Shown here piece by piece: positions 25,001 to 37,560 of a stretch of DNA of 41,730 nucleotides (position 1 is its first letter; every line of letters begins with the position of its first letter). A program made the translations under genes and the position numbers. Source of the DNA: Jimgerdemannia flammicorona (lineage: Eukaryota). Location of the stretch: contig RBNJ01000099.1 of assembly GCA_003990765.1 (NCBI GenBank), positions 1 to 41,730 of the forward strand. Reading direction: 5' to 3'. The notes under the pieces are model-generated. The model had not been told where the DNA came from. It searched no databases and worked only from the letters and a program-made list of their open reading frames with translations.

Positions 25001-26015
25001 GCTTTTCCACAGAGTTCTTCTTGAGTCTCTCTGATAGTTTCTTGTAGAGTTGTTTACAGACATCTTTCCTAATAGTCTCAGCAGAGTAGGCTTTTCATTC
25101 CTCTTCATCTGATTTCTCAATCTCCTCAAAGGTGATAATATTGACCTGTTCCTTATTTCAAGTAGTATTGCTTGGCTGTACCTTGTGCTTGATTTCACTC
25201 ATATATTTATATGAGTAGTGGTCTTTTTCTCCACAAGTGTAGCAGGTATCTCTCTTCTTATCTAAGGTAGTAGCAAATTTCTGAACTAAGCAGCAGTCTC
25301 TTTCTTTAATTTCTTTTATCACATCTTCTAGGTGGGCTATCATTTTAGCAAACTTCTTGGCAAGTTCCTCTATGGGGTCACTATTTCTCTGATATTCAAT
25401 AGCTCTTGGTTGAGGTGTATTTCAATTGATCACTATAGTAGATATCATACTGATTGTTTTGAGTGCTTCAATTCTGACTCCAGTGACTCTCTCCATTATA
25501 TAGTCTTGTAGATGTCTGACTGTTCAGTATTGCTAAGTATAGATGACCTTTTGTATCAGATCTAGGACTATTGGTGATGAGTGAATGGCCAGAGCTATCT
25601 CTGAGTAGATTTCTTTCATGAAGGTTACTTTAGCTACTTGATCTCTGATAGTGGTAGTATAATCTGCAAGAATTATCTGATATCAGATTTTGGTATAGAA
25701 TGTATTTAGATCCTCACTCATTTCTTAGTATATTATATTAAGCTAATTCTTCAGTATCTGCTTAATCTTATCTATATAGTATGTAGCTTAGAGCCAGGTC
25801 TTCTATATTGCTAGTATAGTATAATTATTATTTTCTACATAGGTTGTAGATATGAATGCTGCTCTTGCTGGTCCTTGGAGATTGAAGGGCATGAGGGTTA
25901 CTTGCTACCTTGCTATCAGACTCCTTACAGTGACATATTGTTTAAAATCATCAATAAAGATAATAATTGACTTATTTAAAGTATAACTGTAGAATACTGG
26001 TGGTCTCATATCCAT
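22009..26015 (-). pseudogene. gag-PR-dUTPase-RT-RNase H of element C
   Basis: CYTCGEKDHY knuckle remnant; dUTPase fragment in ORF 23623-24099; colinear with B. Confidence 0.9.
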
Positions 26016-28224
26016 CTTGTCTGGATATCTTAGTTCAATTTATATGGTTGTTTTAGTAGTAGCAGTTGTTTATTGTTCAGCTTGAAAGTGAGGGATTTAT
26101 TTTGAATTATCAGCTAATAGATACAAAGTTATAATATAGTGGATGCTTAACCTTAGAAGTACATCAGATTTTTGTATCTAAAAAACTTGATCTTCTTTGA
26201 CTCTATAGAGTCCTCAGAATATAGAGGTGGGTAAGTTCAAAGTATATCTGTCTATAGACTTACTAGTTCCTTTGCTTTCTCTTTGTTTTGAACTATTTCA
26301 ATCTGAGATTTATTCACTCTAAGATACTGAGTTATTTATATAAGTTTGCTAGCTATAAGGTGGGTGACTAAGTTATGAGTCATTTTGAAAGTGTTGAAAT
26401 ATTTTAATATTGTTAAAATGTTATACTATATTAGGTCTTTGATTTTGAATCTTTTAAAATATTTAGAAATTATTGAAATCAGGGACTACTAACTATAAGG
26501 CTATACTAATTTGGGACTAGTAGCAATCAAGTGTCTATTCTCTATATTCTTCTTCTAAATTTGGTTCTACTATCATACTATAGATAGTTCACAAAGTACC
26601 CATGACATATATCTATAATATAAAACTGTTTTCACTTTATAGAAAAAGTCTTTTTTGATCTCCTTGGGAGTCCCTTTAATAATTAGAAAATATGTAATTA
26701 CTGGGAATATATTTTGTAAGTATGTTTGTCAAATACATTTAGAGAGATTACTAATAGAAATATATAGTAGATATATTTTAGTATATCCAAGCAGATTACA
26801 ATATATTTAGTCAATTTCAAGTAATACCAGAATTACTATTGCACTAAGTGGGAGTTTTTTCTATAGCTTAAAAAAAGAATTATAGTCTGCAAATAGTGAG
26901 TATACTGACTAATTACCTGCAAACTTAAAATTAATTATTATTTTACCTGTGTTTGCTATCAAAAATCACTCTAATATACATATCTTAGAGTACTTTCATA
27001 TACTATCTGCCATATAGTATTTCTTTACTTTAAATTTCATATTATCCTTGAATAAAGTATTTGACATCAGCTTATATAAAATAGTAAGTAGATCTCAATA
27101 GAATAGCATATATTCACTAGTCTAAGTTTTGGATATATAAGTAATGTTAAAAACTTTATAATTGAAGAGCTAATTTAAAAAAGAGAATTACTGAATGTTC
27201 ATCAATTTAATAGGAATATTAACTGTTTAATTATATATCACTCTATTTTTAACTACTATATCTAAAAGTTTTATCATCTCTCTTAAATTTGTAAACTAGA
27301 GAGACCTATTCATTATTAAAATTCTTCTATCTATAAATATATTAAGAAGTTCATCTGCAACCTTTTGGGATATATTTCTACTTTGAAATAATAGATTTAT
27401 AAGCCAAATTTCTCAATTATTCTTCTAAAAATATATATAAAGGATTGTTTACATTAGTTGTAGATACTCATCTAAGTTTAGAAATAAATTCATTATGCAT
27501 TATAAGTGTTTTTTTGCTATTGATAATCTGACCACCAGTTGGTTTATAGATAATATGATCCTTGCCAAACTCTAATATAGTAGATGAGCTTCTCTGATCT
27601 TGAATTGAATTATCATTTTTACTAAACAATGAGTTTTTCTATTCTTAAATTGGAGATAGATCATCATTACTGATATTATCTTGAATTATATATATATACT
27701 TAGTATGATTATCTGAAATCTTTTAAGTTCATTTATATAGATTGCTTAAACTTGAAATATATATAGAATTCAAGGTTAACTTATAAACTATTGATAAATT
27801 TATAGATAATAGTAGTATAATATTAAAGTTACTAAAATCTTAACAAATTGAAAATTCAAGAATAGACTTGTCATTCTGATATTGTGTAAGTATATCATAT
27901 ATCTTTCACATATATCAAGTCAATCCTGAGGCAGATTTGTACTTTTGATTACAATATGAGCAAAAAAAACTTCATATTGATATTAGGTTTGAAGTAGAGA
28001 AGAATTTGAAGAATAATATGAATTTTGATAGTAAGTTCATAATCACAAAACATACTGATTTATATATCTGAAAGATGATAAGGATAAGCTTAGCAAGCTA
28101 TTCTATAATAACTATATAAAATAAGTACTCTATTTCATATTCTTCAAATAAAAACCTCAGTTTGCAAATATTTTTCAAAAAGATAAACATATTAACTATT
28201 ATATAGTTGCTGTTATTTATATAT

Positions 28225-29738
28225 TGTCATATAGTGGTCGCTGAGTCCTTCAAATATACCAGATTCTCTTCAAGGTATATCTCTTAGACTAACTCAAGTT
28301 TATTATAAGCAAGTTCTTATTGGAGTATCTTCTTAAGGTCTTATAGTCCTCAAACTTCTTATCTTTAACTATCTTGTTATTTCTTAGATTGCTTGCAAGA
28401 AAGTATGTATAAGTGAAACTGGAACTGACTTTATTTCAGAGGAAATAAGAGGGGTATTTATACAAAATATAATTCAATAGTTGCTAATATATAAAGTTAA
28501 ATATAAATTCTAATAACTAAAACTACTAAGTTCCAGGGTTGGCACTGATGGTTATATAGGTTCAGGATGCTGATATAATTCAGTGTCACATCAGAATACC
28601 AGTACTGGAACAATTTTGCGTCACCTCAGAATGTCAGTGCTGGCATTATCCAGTGTTACATCAAAATACCAGTGCTGACATTATTCAGTATAACAAAGAA
28701 CTTAGAGCAGAAAGTTCAGGATCATGGGGGCTTCATCCTCATCATCACTGAAGGAGATGAGATCTGTGAATTTGTCATATTTGCATGCTTTGATATCATA
28801 CAAGATAACATTATCACTGATGATATCATCATGTTTGGCAGCAGGAAGGAGGTCTGGGGCTCTCTAGTCTATAAGGTTCTCTTCTACAAAATAGGGGACA
28901 AATGTGGGGTCTTGGGAAGATCTAACCCAGATGCTTGGACCTTGAAATACTGAGATCAATCCTTGCAGGAATTGGTCTAGGTTGTCTTGGAGAATGGGGT
29001 GCCAGAAGTCTTCTACTTCATCACTATTGAGGGTGATAGTGGACTGAGCTTCTGTAGTCACTCTGGCTTCTAGTATATTGATATGGTGAGATGACAGGTC
29101 TCTGAAATCTGAGACTCTAACATACTCTAAGTTGGGGATTGACCATGGTGCATGCCTGAAGATCTGATGGATCTTCTTAGCTATCCTTGTTTCATGTATA
29201 TCCATGGGAGTGGCATCTTGTAGCTCTTGAGTGCTAGCCTGTGGGAACTCCTGGCAGAGGAGGTTTCCTATTTCATACTCCTGCCATATTTGGAGGTATT
29301 CGGTAGCAATAGTGATCCTTGTTTTCATTTTACAGTAGTAGAGGATAAAGTGATAGGGATCTGCAGTACCCAGGTTGACACTAGGAGTCCTTCTTGAGCA
29401 GGTCCTCATGGCTCTTCTGATATCTTAAAACATCCTTTCCTCAACTGAGATGCCTTGGTGATTCCTTAACCTTGAGGTTTGGTAGGCAGCAGGCATTTTG
29501 TTTGTGGTAAGTCTTTGAGCTATTTTGGGATTAGTGGTTCTTGTTGGTTGCTGCTACTGTGGTTCCTTGATCCTTCTTTTATATTCTTCAGGATGCTTAT
29601 ACTGTAGTCACAATGACTTGTAGTTGGTCATCATTGCTTATCTCATATGCCATATGATCTTCTTGTGCTCTGATCTGATAGCTTGTAAGGAAAGGCTGTC
29701 TCCTGTACTGATGTCATCATTCTGGGGTCACTGTTATA
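28225..29738 (-). repeat. 3' LTR of element D (inner boundary inferred from the PPT)
   Basis: PPT CAGGAGGAAG at 29740-29749 (-), identical to B, followed by TATAACAG (cf. TGTGACAG); TATAAATA ~28455-28462 (-); AATAAA 28430-28435 (-); ~33-bp tandem repeats 28565-28695. Confidence 0.7.
28702..29409 (-). CDS. LTR-internal accessory ORF of D, unknown function
   Basis: 181-aa ORF 28864-29409, extendable through one TAG to TAA at 28702; QEYEIGNLL...IAKKIHQIF...IPNLEYVRVSDF resembles the B accessory ORF. Confidence 0.65.
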
Positions 29739-30051
29739 TCTTCCTCCTGAATAAGGATCTTCTTGAGCATCCTTATTCATTGGTCTAGTCCTGAAAAATT
29801 TGCTGATCCTATAACCTCTGGCAAGGGGTTGAAAAGTAGTATTTATGAGCTGGTGTCTTCTCTTTGTATTTTGGCATAATGGTGAAGAGTTGCTCCCTTC
29901 ATATAGAGTAAGGGCCTGATTCTGATCTTGACCAATCAGTTGATGGTTTGAACTCCTCTGACTTTGAAAGTCTCATGGATGAGTAGTTGCCAGTACTGTA
30001 TCCCTTAGAGAATGGTCCAGACAGATAGCCTGCTGGTCATGGGACATGCTG

Positions 30052-31297
30052 TTATGATTTGTAGACTAGAACCTCATGGGTGGTTATCACATTTTGCTTC
30101 TCTTGTATAGGTTCGTGGTACTTCTTGAGTCTATTCCTATGTACTGTGGTAGGCAGTATGGTCCCTGAGATTTTTCTAAGCCAGAAGGTGGTTCTCTTGA
30201 TATCTTGTACATAGAAGGGTTCTTCCCATTTGGACTCCAGTTTTCATAACCATGAGGCTTCTACTATATTTCAATTAGTAGAATCTTTTCTCCAATTTGG
30301 ATGGGTTTTAGGGCCTTGTGATTCTTTTCCACATTCTTCCTTGTCAGCACTTGTGACTTGGTGATGTAATCTTCAGCTTTCTTTCTAATTTGATATAGTC
30401 TCCAGATTTCTGCATCAACTTATCTCTAAGTTAGGTCTAGATTTATGGCTGAGGTTCCATCAGAATCTTCTTCTCCAAAGAGCAGCTCTCTTGGGGTAAA
30501 GTGTGTACTCTATGACTGTATGTCTCATAGGACAGAGAGGGTGGTTGGGAGATAGTTATCCCAATTCTCATATGTCTTTGAGATTTTCACTAGAATGTTC
30601 TTAAGGGTCTTGTTGGTTCTCTCTGTCTGTCTATTTTCTTGAGGGTGGTACACAGTGGTCTTTATGTACTGGATCTTGTATTTCTGATACATTATCTCAT
30701 AGAATCCATTGACAAATTCCATACTGCAGTCTGTTGTGATTTGCTTTGGTGTCTTGTAGTGGCAGATGATTTCTTGGTATAGAAAGTCAGCTATAGAGAG
30801 GGCATTGGCTTCTTGTAATGCTCCTGCCTCTATCCATTTAGTGAAGAGGTCTACAATAACTAGAATATAGTGATTTCTTGATAGTGTTACTAGTAGTGGT
30901 CCAATGATATCTATTGCAATGTAGTGGAAGAGGATAGGCTCAATTCTTGATGACCCGGGTGTCTGGTCTTACTGATCTTGTTTTTATTTTTGGTACTTGT
31001 CATACCCTTTGACAAATTGGCACAGATCTTCTTCTATCTTGGGCCACTATATAGTTCTTCTTATCTTATCATATATGTTGGTTCCTCCTAAGTATCCTTG
31101 CTCATGTACTTTCTTCATTACTTGATACTTCTTGTGTTCGAGTATTACTAGCTTTCCTCCTTTTCTAAGTATAGTGTTATCTAGTTCAAACTGTTTCCAA
31201 GTCCAGTTGATGATAGTGGTTGTCCAGGGTTCAGGTGGTTAGATATCTTCTGCTGTCCAAGGTAGCTGATTAATCCATAGTATAGCTCCTTATTCAT
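30052..31297 (-). pseudogene. Integrase of element D, separate ORF
   Basis: MNKELYYGLISYL..., IAIDIIGPL, YHPQ..RTNKTL; 1-bp deletion near 31230. Confidence 0.9.
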
Positions 31298-34200
31298 GTT
31301 GAATAGTCTTGATGGGAGTATTTTGGGGTATCCTTGAGAGTACATCAGCATTGGTGTTGGTCTTTCCTGAGCAGTACTTGACAGTACAGTCATACTCTTG
31401 CAGCCTGTAGATCCATCTAGCATATATTCCTTTGGGGTTCAGAGTGTGAAATAGCCAGGTAAGAGCAGAGTAGTCTGTTTGAATAGTGAAGTGTTTTCTG
31501 GCTAGGTAGTAGTGGAACTTGTCTACTGCCCAAACTACTGCTAAGTATTCAAGCTTGCATGACTTGTAGTTCTGTTCTGCTCTACAGGTACCTCGGCTTA
31601 CATAGGAGATGATATATTTATATCCATCTTTTTTCTGAGCTAGGACTGCTCTAAGTCCTATAGTACTCACATCTGTCTGCAGGATGAATTCTAGGTTCCA
31701 ATCTGGTCTTCTGAGGATAGGTGCTTGAGTCAACCTAGTCTTGAGTTTATTGAAGGTTTCTTGGTACTCCTTAGTCTATTCGAATTTGGTCTTCTTCTTC
31801 AGTAGCTTGTAGATAGGTGCTACAATATTGGAATATCCTTTGATGAATCTTCTGTAGTAGCTGGCCAGTCCAAGGAAGGCATGGACTTCTGTGGTTGTTC
31901 TGGGTCTTGGGTAGGCTGCAATAGCCTCGATCTTCATAGAGTCTGTGTGGATTCCAGTCTAGTTGATAAGGTGTCCTAGGTAGGCAATTTCTTGAGCTAC
32001 AAACTTGCATTTCTTAGGCTTGATGTAGAGGTCATGCTCCTTGAGCTTCTTGAGGGCTAGCTGTATGTGATTAACATATTCCTATGCAGTGTTACTGAAG
32101 ATGATTACATCATCAATATAGACAAAGAGCCATTTTTCAATCTCATTGCTAAAGACTCTGTTCATCATTCACTGGAAACTTGCTGGGGCATTGTATATTC
32201 CAAATAGTATTTGCAGATAGATATAGGTGGTATCAGGTATGATGAAGGCTGATTTCTCACTGGCATCTTGTGTGAGACCAATCTGATAGAAGCCTGAGAA
32301 CAGATCCAAGGTGATGTAGTATTTGGCTTCACTTCCAAGAGTGGTAAGGATTTCTTGAATATTTGACAAGGACTGCCTATCCTTCTTGGTAATGGCATTG
32401 AGCTTCCTGTAGTCAATGCAGAGTATTAGTGTGAGCTCTCCAGGTTTGCTTCCTTTCTTCAGAGTAAGGACAATGGGTGAGGCCCAGGGGCTGATAGCTT
32501 GCTTGATGATTCTGGCTTCTTCCATTTCCTTGAGTTCTGCTTGCAGCCACTCTCTGTAGACAGGTGGTATTAGTCTGGCTTTCTGATAGATGGGCTTGGT
32601 ATCATCAGTATCAACTTCATAATAGTACTTGGATTCTTGATTGTAGATATCTCTAAAGTCTATAGTAAGTACTCCTTCATTCTGGTGTAGGATCTTGAGA
32701 AGTTGTTCCTCCAGAGGAAAGTTTTCTCCAATGGTATATGTGTGCTTATTCTGGTCCTTGTCTTTCTTATGCTCAAGTTCAGTAATCTTGGTAGTAACAT
32801 AGGCTCCTCTTCCAGTAGATCCAAAGTCTTGTTCTCCTCTCTTGGTCTTGATGAGTTCAATGGCTTCTATGATCTTGGGCTTCTTGACTTTATGGATCAG
32901 TATCTGGCCAATTCTGTCATGCTTCTTGACTTCAAATGGGGTGGTGGGGTTGTGATTCCTGACTATGAGAAAGATTTCACCAGTGTAATTAGGGTCAATT
33001 ACTCCTCCTTTAACTGAGATTTTACTTTTGACCAGACTGCTCCTGGTCTTGATAATTCTGGCATGATTCTCTGGTAACTTAACTCCAATTCCAGTGCCAA
33101 GTAGGGTGGTGGTCTGTGGTTCGAGGGTAGCATCTTGAATGCTGGCAAGGTCCATTTCTATGGCTTCTTCAGTCTTGTATTCTGGGATCTTAGCTTCAGG
33201 GTGAAACTTCTTGACCTTGAGGGTGATGTCAGATTCTTGTTCCTCCTCATCATCACTGTCAGCCTGAAGCTCTGGGGGCTGGTCATCTTCTTCAGCTTTC
33301 CTTTTTGCTTTAGTGGCTTCTTACTCATATTTCTATTAGCAGATTTTCCTGACTTCACTGATACAGGACCAGCAGTTATTCAGATGTTCAGAGCAGTACA
33401 TCCTAGTGCCATGGGGGCATCTTCCTTGAGGGGCATAGCCATCAATGATCTTGTTGTACCACTGCTCATCTGTGAGCTTGGGTGTCTTGTTCTTGTTCTT
33501 GTTCACTGAGTGCATAAAGACCTCTGTGTCCTCTTTATCTCCTTCCTCCATGTCTGATAGAACTCTTTTGTAGACATTGATAGAGACTCATATCTTTCTT
33601 CCTCTATAGTTGATCTGTATCTTCTGGACATTGAGGTCAATGATGGCCTTGGCCTTGTAAAGCCATTAGTTGCCAATGAGGATGTCATAGTTGATGGCAC
33701 TTGCGACAATCACATCTACTGGGATAGTAGCTCCTCCTATCTTGATGGGAACTTCTCAGATTTTGTCAAGAGGGGTAGTTTGTATACCATCTGCTGTGAC
33801 ATAGACCATCTTGGTGGACTCTTCAATATCCCAACCTAGGTGGTTGATTGTCTTCTTGCTTATGAGACATCCTCTAGCACTAGTATCAATGATGGCATTA
33901 AAGATACAGTCTTTGATCTGATATGGAGTATAGACTGATGTCTTGCACTGGTCTTCAGATTCTTCATCTGAGTTCTCAGATTCTTCCTGTGCATTGTGAG
34001 CTTCTACAATCTTATACTCTTGATTCTTAGTGGTAGTTGCAAGTCCTACTCTCAACTACTGTCTGAAGGCAGAGACTTTGACTAGTTGTCCAAAGATAGC
34101 ATTGACCTTCTGTTCCTTGAGGTCCTTATAGATATCATACTGATGGATCTTGGTCTTATGCAGCTTCTGTTTCTTCTTGCTTTCACTTTCTCCTGAGACT

Positions 34201-35312
34201 GGAGTAGTGCCTTCAATGATTTGGTAGGCAACTTCATCTAACTCCATGTCTTGATCAATCTCCTTGGGTTGGGTCTTGCTTTGAATAGTGACAGCTGGAG
34301 TCTTCTTTAGTCTTCCAACTGGCTTGCTGTTGCTCTTCTTGTCATAGGGCTTGGACCAGGTTCTGATACCTTCAGTAGCAGGGTAGAATTCAAGCTCTTT
34401 GTAGTATTCTTCATCATCAGTGTCACCAATCTCCTCGATGACTACTGCATTAGTTTGTTCTCTGGTTCTGCTAGCATTGCTTGGTTGGGCTTTGCATCTC
34501 ATTTCAGTCATGCAACTCTTTGCATAGTGGCCTTCTTCTCCATATCTGAAGCATGTGATATTGCATTCTTCTATAGCAGCTGCAAATCTCTGCACTGGTC
34601 TCCTGTTGGTGCTTCGGACTTCTCTAACAACATCACTAAGATATGTAGTCATCTTGGCGAACTACTTGGTAAGTTCTTCCACTGAGTCAGCTTTGGCTAT
34701 CTTGGGGGTAGGTGGGGTTGGTTGTCTGTTTACAACTGTGGCAGGTATGATACTAGTTGGCTTTGATGGCTCCATCTTGATGTCAGTTATTTTCTCCATT
34801 GAGTGTTTGACAGAGTGTCTGGCAGTCCAATATCTCTGTGCAAAGACCACTTTCTGATCAAGGATCAGTGCAGCTAGGGTAGACTGGATTGCTAGGGCAA
34901 TTTCAGGGTGAACTTCTTTGAGGAAAGTTGAATCTGCTATTTGTTCCTTAAGGCAGTCATCATAGTCAGCTAAGACAATCTGGTGGCAGATTTGGATATA
35001 GAATGAGTTGGGATCTTCACTAAGTCTCTGATAGATAGTATTGAGTTGATCCTTGAGAGCTTGCTTGATCTCTTCAGTATAGTATGTTGTTCTGAAGAAG
35101 GCCTTCATGTTGACAAGTTTGGCTGCACCAGTATTAGCAATGGTGGCTGCATTGAACTTATCTCTGGCAGGTTCTCTGAGGCTGACTGGTAGAAGGGCCA
35201 ATTGTGCATCTACACCAAGGGCTCATATGATGGTGAATTGTTCAAAGTCTTTAATGAAGGTCAGGATTGACTCTTTAGTAATATATTAGAATGTGGGGGG
35301 GTATATTTCCAT
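31290..35312 (-). pseudogene. gag-PR-dUTPase-RT-RNase H of element D
   Basis: AIIDTSA protease site, GGVIDPNYTGEI dUTPase, LDLFSGFYQI RT, RNase H ending NADVLSRIPQNTPIKTIQHE*. Confidence 0.93.
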
Positions 35313-35431
35313 CTTGTCTTGAATTCTTACAGGGTAACTCTTGTAGTCAGAGTAGTTGTTATGGGGGTTGTTCATTTTTCAGCTTGAAAGTGAGGGATTC
35401 ATCTTGAATCACCAGCCAATAGGCACCAAGT

Positions 35432-35538
35432 TGTCATGTAGTAGTCACTGAGTCCTTCAAATACACCAGATTCTCTTCAAGGTATATCTCTTATACTAAC
35501 TCAAGTTTGTTATAAGCAAGTTCTTATTGAAGCCTTCC
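35432..35538 (-). repeat. U5 end of the 5' LTR of element D
   Basis: Matches 28225-28330; followed on the minus strand by ACTTGGTGCCTATTGGCTGG. Confidence 0.9.
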
Positions 35539-37555
35539 TGTAAGCACACAACCTCCAAGCTACTGAAATTATACATCACCCTCTGAACAAGTCACTGAAA
35601 TCACATGTGACCCTGAACAAATCTGGAAATCACCTGCTTGATTACAAAGCTGAGTCAATATGAAGTCACAGAATACAAGATTTACACAAACGGAATCTTA
35701 CCAATCAGAACTAAATGCATATATACCGAGCACCGAGATGCATCAAATCAGAGAACCAAAACAAACAATAACCACAACTTCCAAACACACAAACATGACC
35801 ACTGAGATCTATAACCATATCCGCGCTGACATTTGGAATGCCATTATCAACCGAGCAACACCCCCTCTGCCCCTCATGAATATCCATAGCCTAGCACCCC
35901 TCTACTTTGTGGAAGCCTGATGGAATGCTCTGAACATACTTAGCGAGGTCTACTGAATCGGACAAATCTCAAGCTACTACCAGATCGGCCGCCTCCTGGA
36001 AGACATGGTCGAACACTACCATGATACAGACATTACTCAGATGTCTCAACACCAGAAGCTCATCGCCTGCAAACATCGAGAACTCTTCTATGAGTACAGC
36101 ACCTTTATTCCCTGCCTCCGAGTTACTACCAGCGAAATTGTTGCTACCCTGTCCTATGGCCAAATTGATGACATGATATAAGAACTCAACCAGAAGTACC
36201 TCGAGTACATTGAAACCACAGACAGAACCTTCCCACATCCCAATGATCAAATCCTGCAAATGCCCCAAGTTGGATATGCTATGAAGGACATCTATGATAT
36301 AATCCACTTTGATGAAGATGAAGCAGAAGACAATGATCTCTCTGACACTGACATGACCTCTAGCCAAGGATCTCTGCCAACCCTGATCACTCCGCCAACT
36401 TTGCTGATGAACTTACAACAATTCATAACAACATATGAGACTTATTGAGACAATGACCACTGGCACAAATACCAATCTGCATTCACTCCTGATTACTTCA
36501 ACTACAATAAAGAGACCAGAGAATACAACTTATACCTTCAGACAACCCTTGAGATCGAACCAACCACTCTACTACCCGAGTATGAGCGATATGAACTACA
36601 GCCACCAGCATACTATAACTCCGCAACTCACAGTGCCGTAACCTATAGAAGGTACACAGATAGCAAATCCAATGAAAGTGAAGACAATACACCCATCTTT
36701 TGCCCACCAACACCTTATCTAGCATATGAGACAGACAATACTATCCTGTGGGATAGAGATGAAGTTCCAATATACTATTACCTCAGTGAACAAGAAGAAG
36801 TAATCCGCAAACCATTATTTCTAGATGACTACTTCATCAGAGATGATGCAATTGATGGTGATGTCATCGAAGACTATCCAGACAGTGCCTAAACCCATAA
36901 ATAGCCTAGCAGTCATAGTATAGTTGTATGACATGACTGTGAACTGACTCAGCAGTCAGATGATCCCTTGATATGTCAGATCACACTTGTACTATGTGAC
37001 TGCATTCTGACTCAGCAAGGCACTTAGTGCTATATCCATATCTAGTATAGTCCAGATAGCCCCTCACTAGTATAAATACCCCCTCCCCCAGACCTCAGAA
37101 TCTCAGACTTGAACACACAAGAACATTCCTGAATACTTCCCCACAATATCCCTTCACACTATTCCTAGTATAGCAATATCATGAATAGCGAATAAACCTA
37201 TTTAATAACCTGCAAACTACCCTTAAGTAAATCCACTCCCTGTTAGGTCCCACTCCTAACCCCATCACGAAATTTCCTAATTGGGTATTGTCTGCAGTGA
37301 TATACCAATTCAACTAAGCTGGTCTTAGTTTCTTGAACTTCCTGAAATATGGAAAATCCTGAATATCCAGAACTAGTCCAAAGAAAGAACTTTGGTTGAG
37401 ACGTTAACTCGATCTTGAAATCAATAAGCATAGAGGACATACTCCATACAAAATTGATCTTAACCATAAGAAAACGGTCTTTCAGAACATCCAGAATATT
37501 CAGAAAACCTTTCCAGAACTATGTAATGGTTACCCTAAAAAGTAACCCTCTTACA
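35539..37555 (+). repeat. 5' LTR (2017 bp) of family-A element
   Basis: TGTAAG...CTTACA inverted termini; homologous to solo LTR 4757-7181; TATAAATA ~37071; AATAAA 37191; followed by ACTTGGTAGTAGCAG (PBS-like). Confidence 0.92.
35795..36892 (+). pseudogene. LTR-encoded ORF (~365 codons, 4 in-frame stops), unknown function
   Basis: One frame from MTTEIYNHIRAD to DVIEDYPDSA*; each stop is one transition from a sense codon. Confidence 0.65.
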
Positions 37556-37560
37556 ACTTG

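Larger units (their letters stand above)
19894..26577 (-). mobile_element. Full-length, heavily mutated Ty3/Gypsy element (C), sister subfamily of B
   Basis: LTRs 19894-20341 and 26130-26577; TSD CTAT (19890-19893 and 26578-26581); internal region colinear with B. Confidence 0.95.
28225..35538 (-). mobile_element. Ty3/Gypsy element D with dUTPase and long (~1.5 kb) LTR; 5' LTR interrupted by element A
   Basis: 28225-~28330 matches 35432-35538; internal domains homologous to, but diverged from, B. Confidence 0.93.

Noticed and set aside
26600-28220. AT-rich stretch as a host gene or transposase
   Set aside because: No ORF or confident motif; probably an old TE relic but not assignable.
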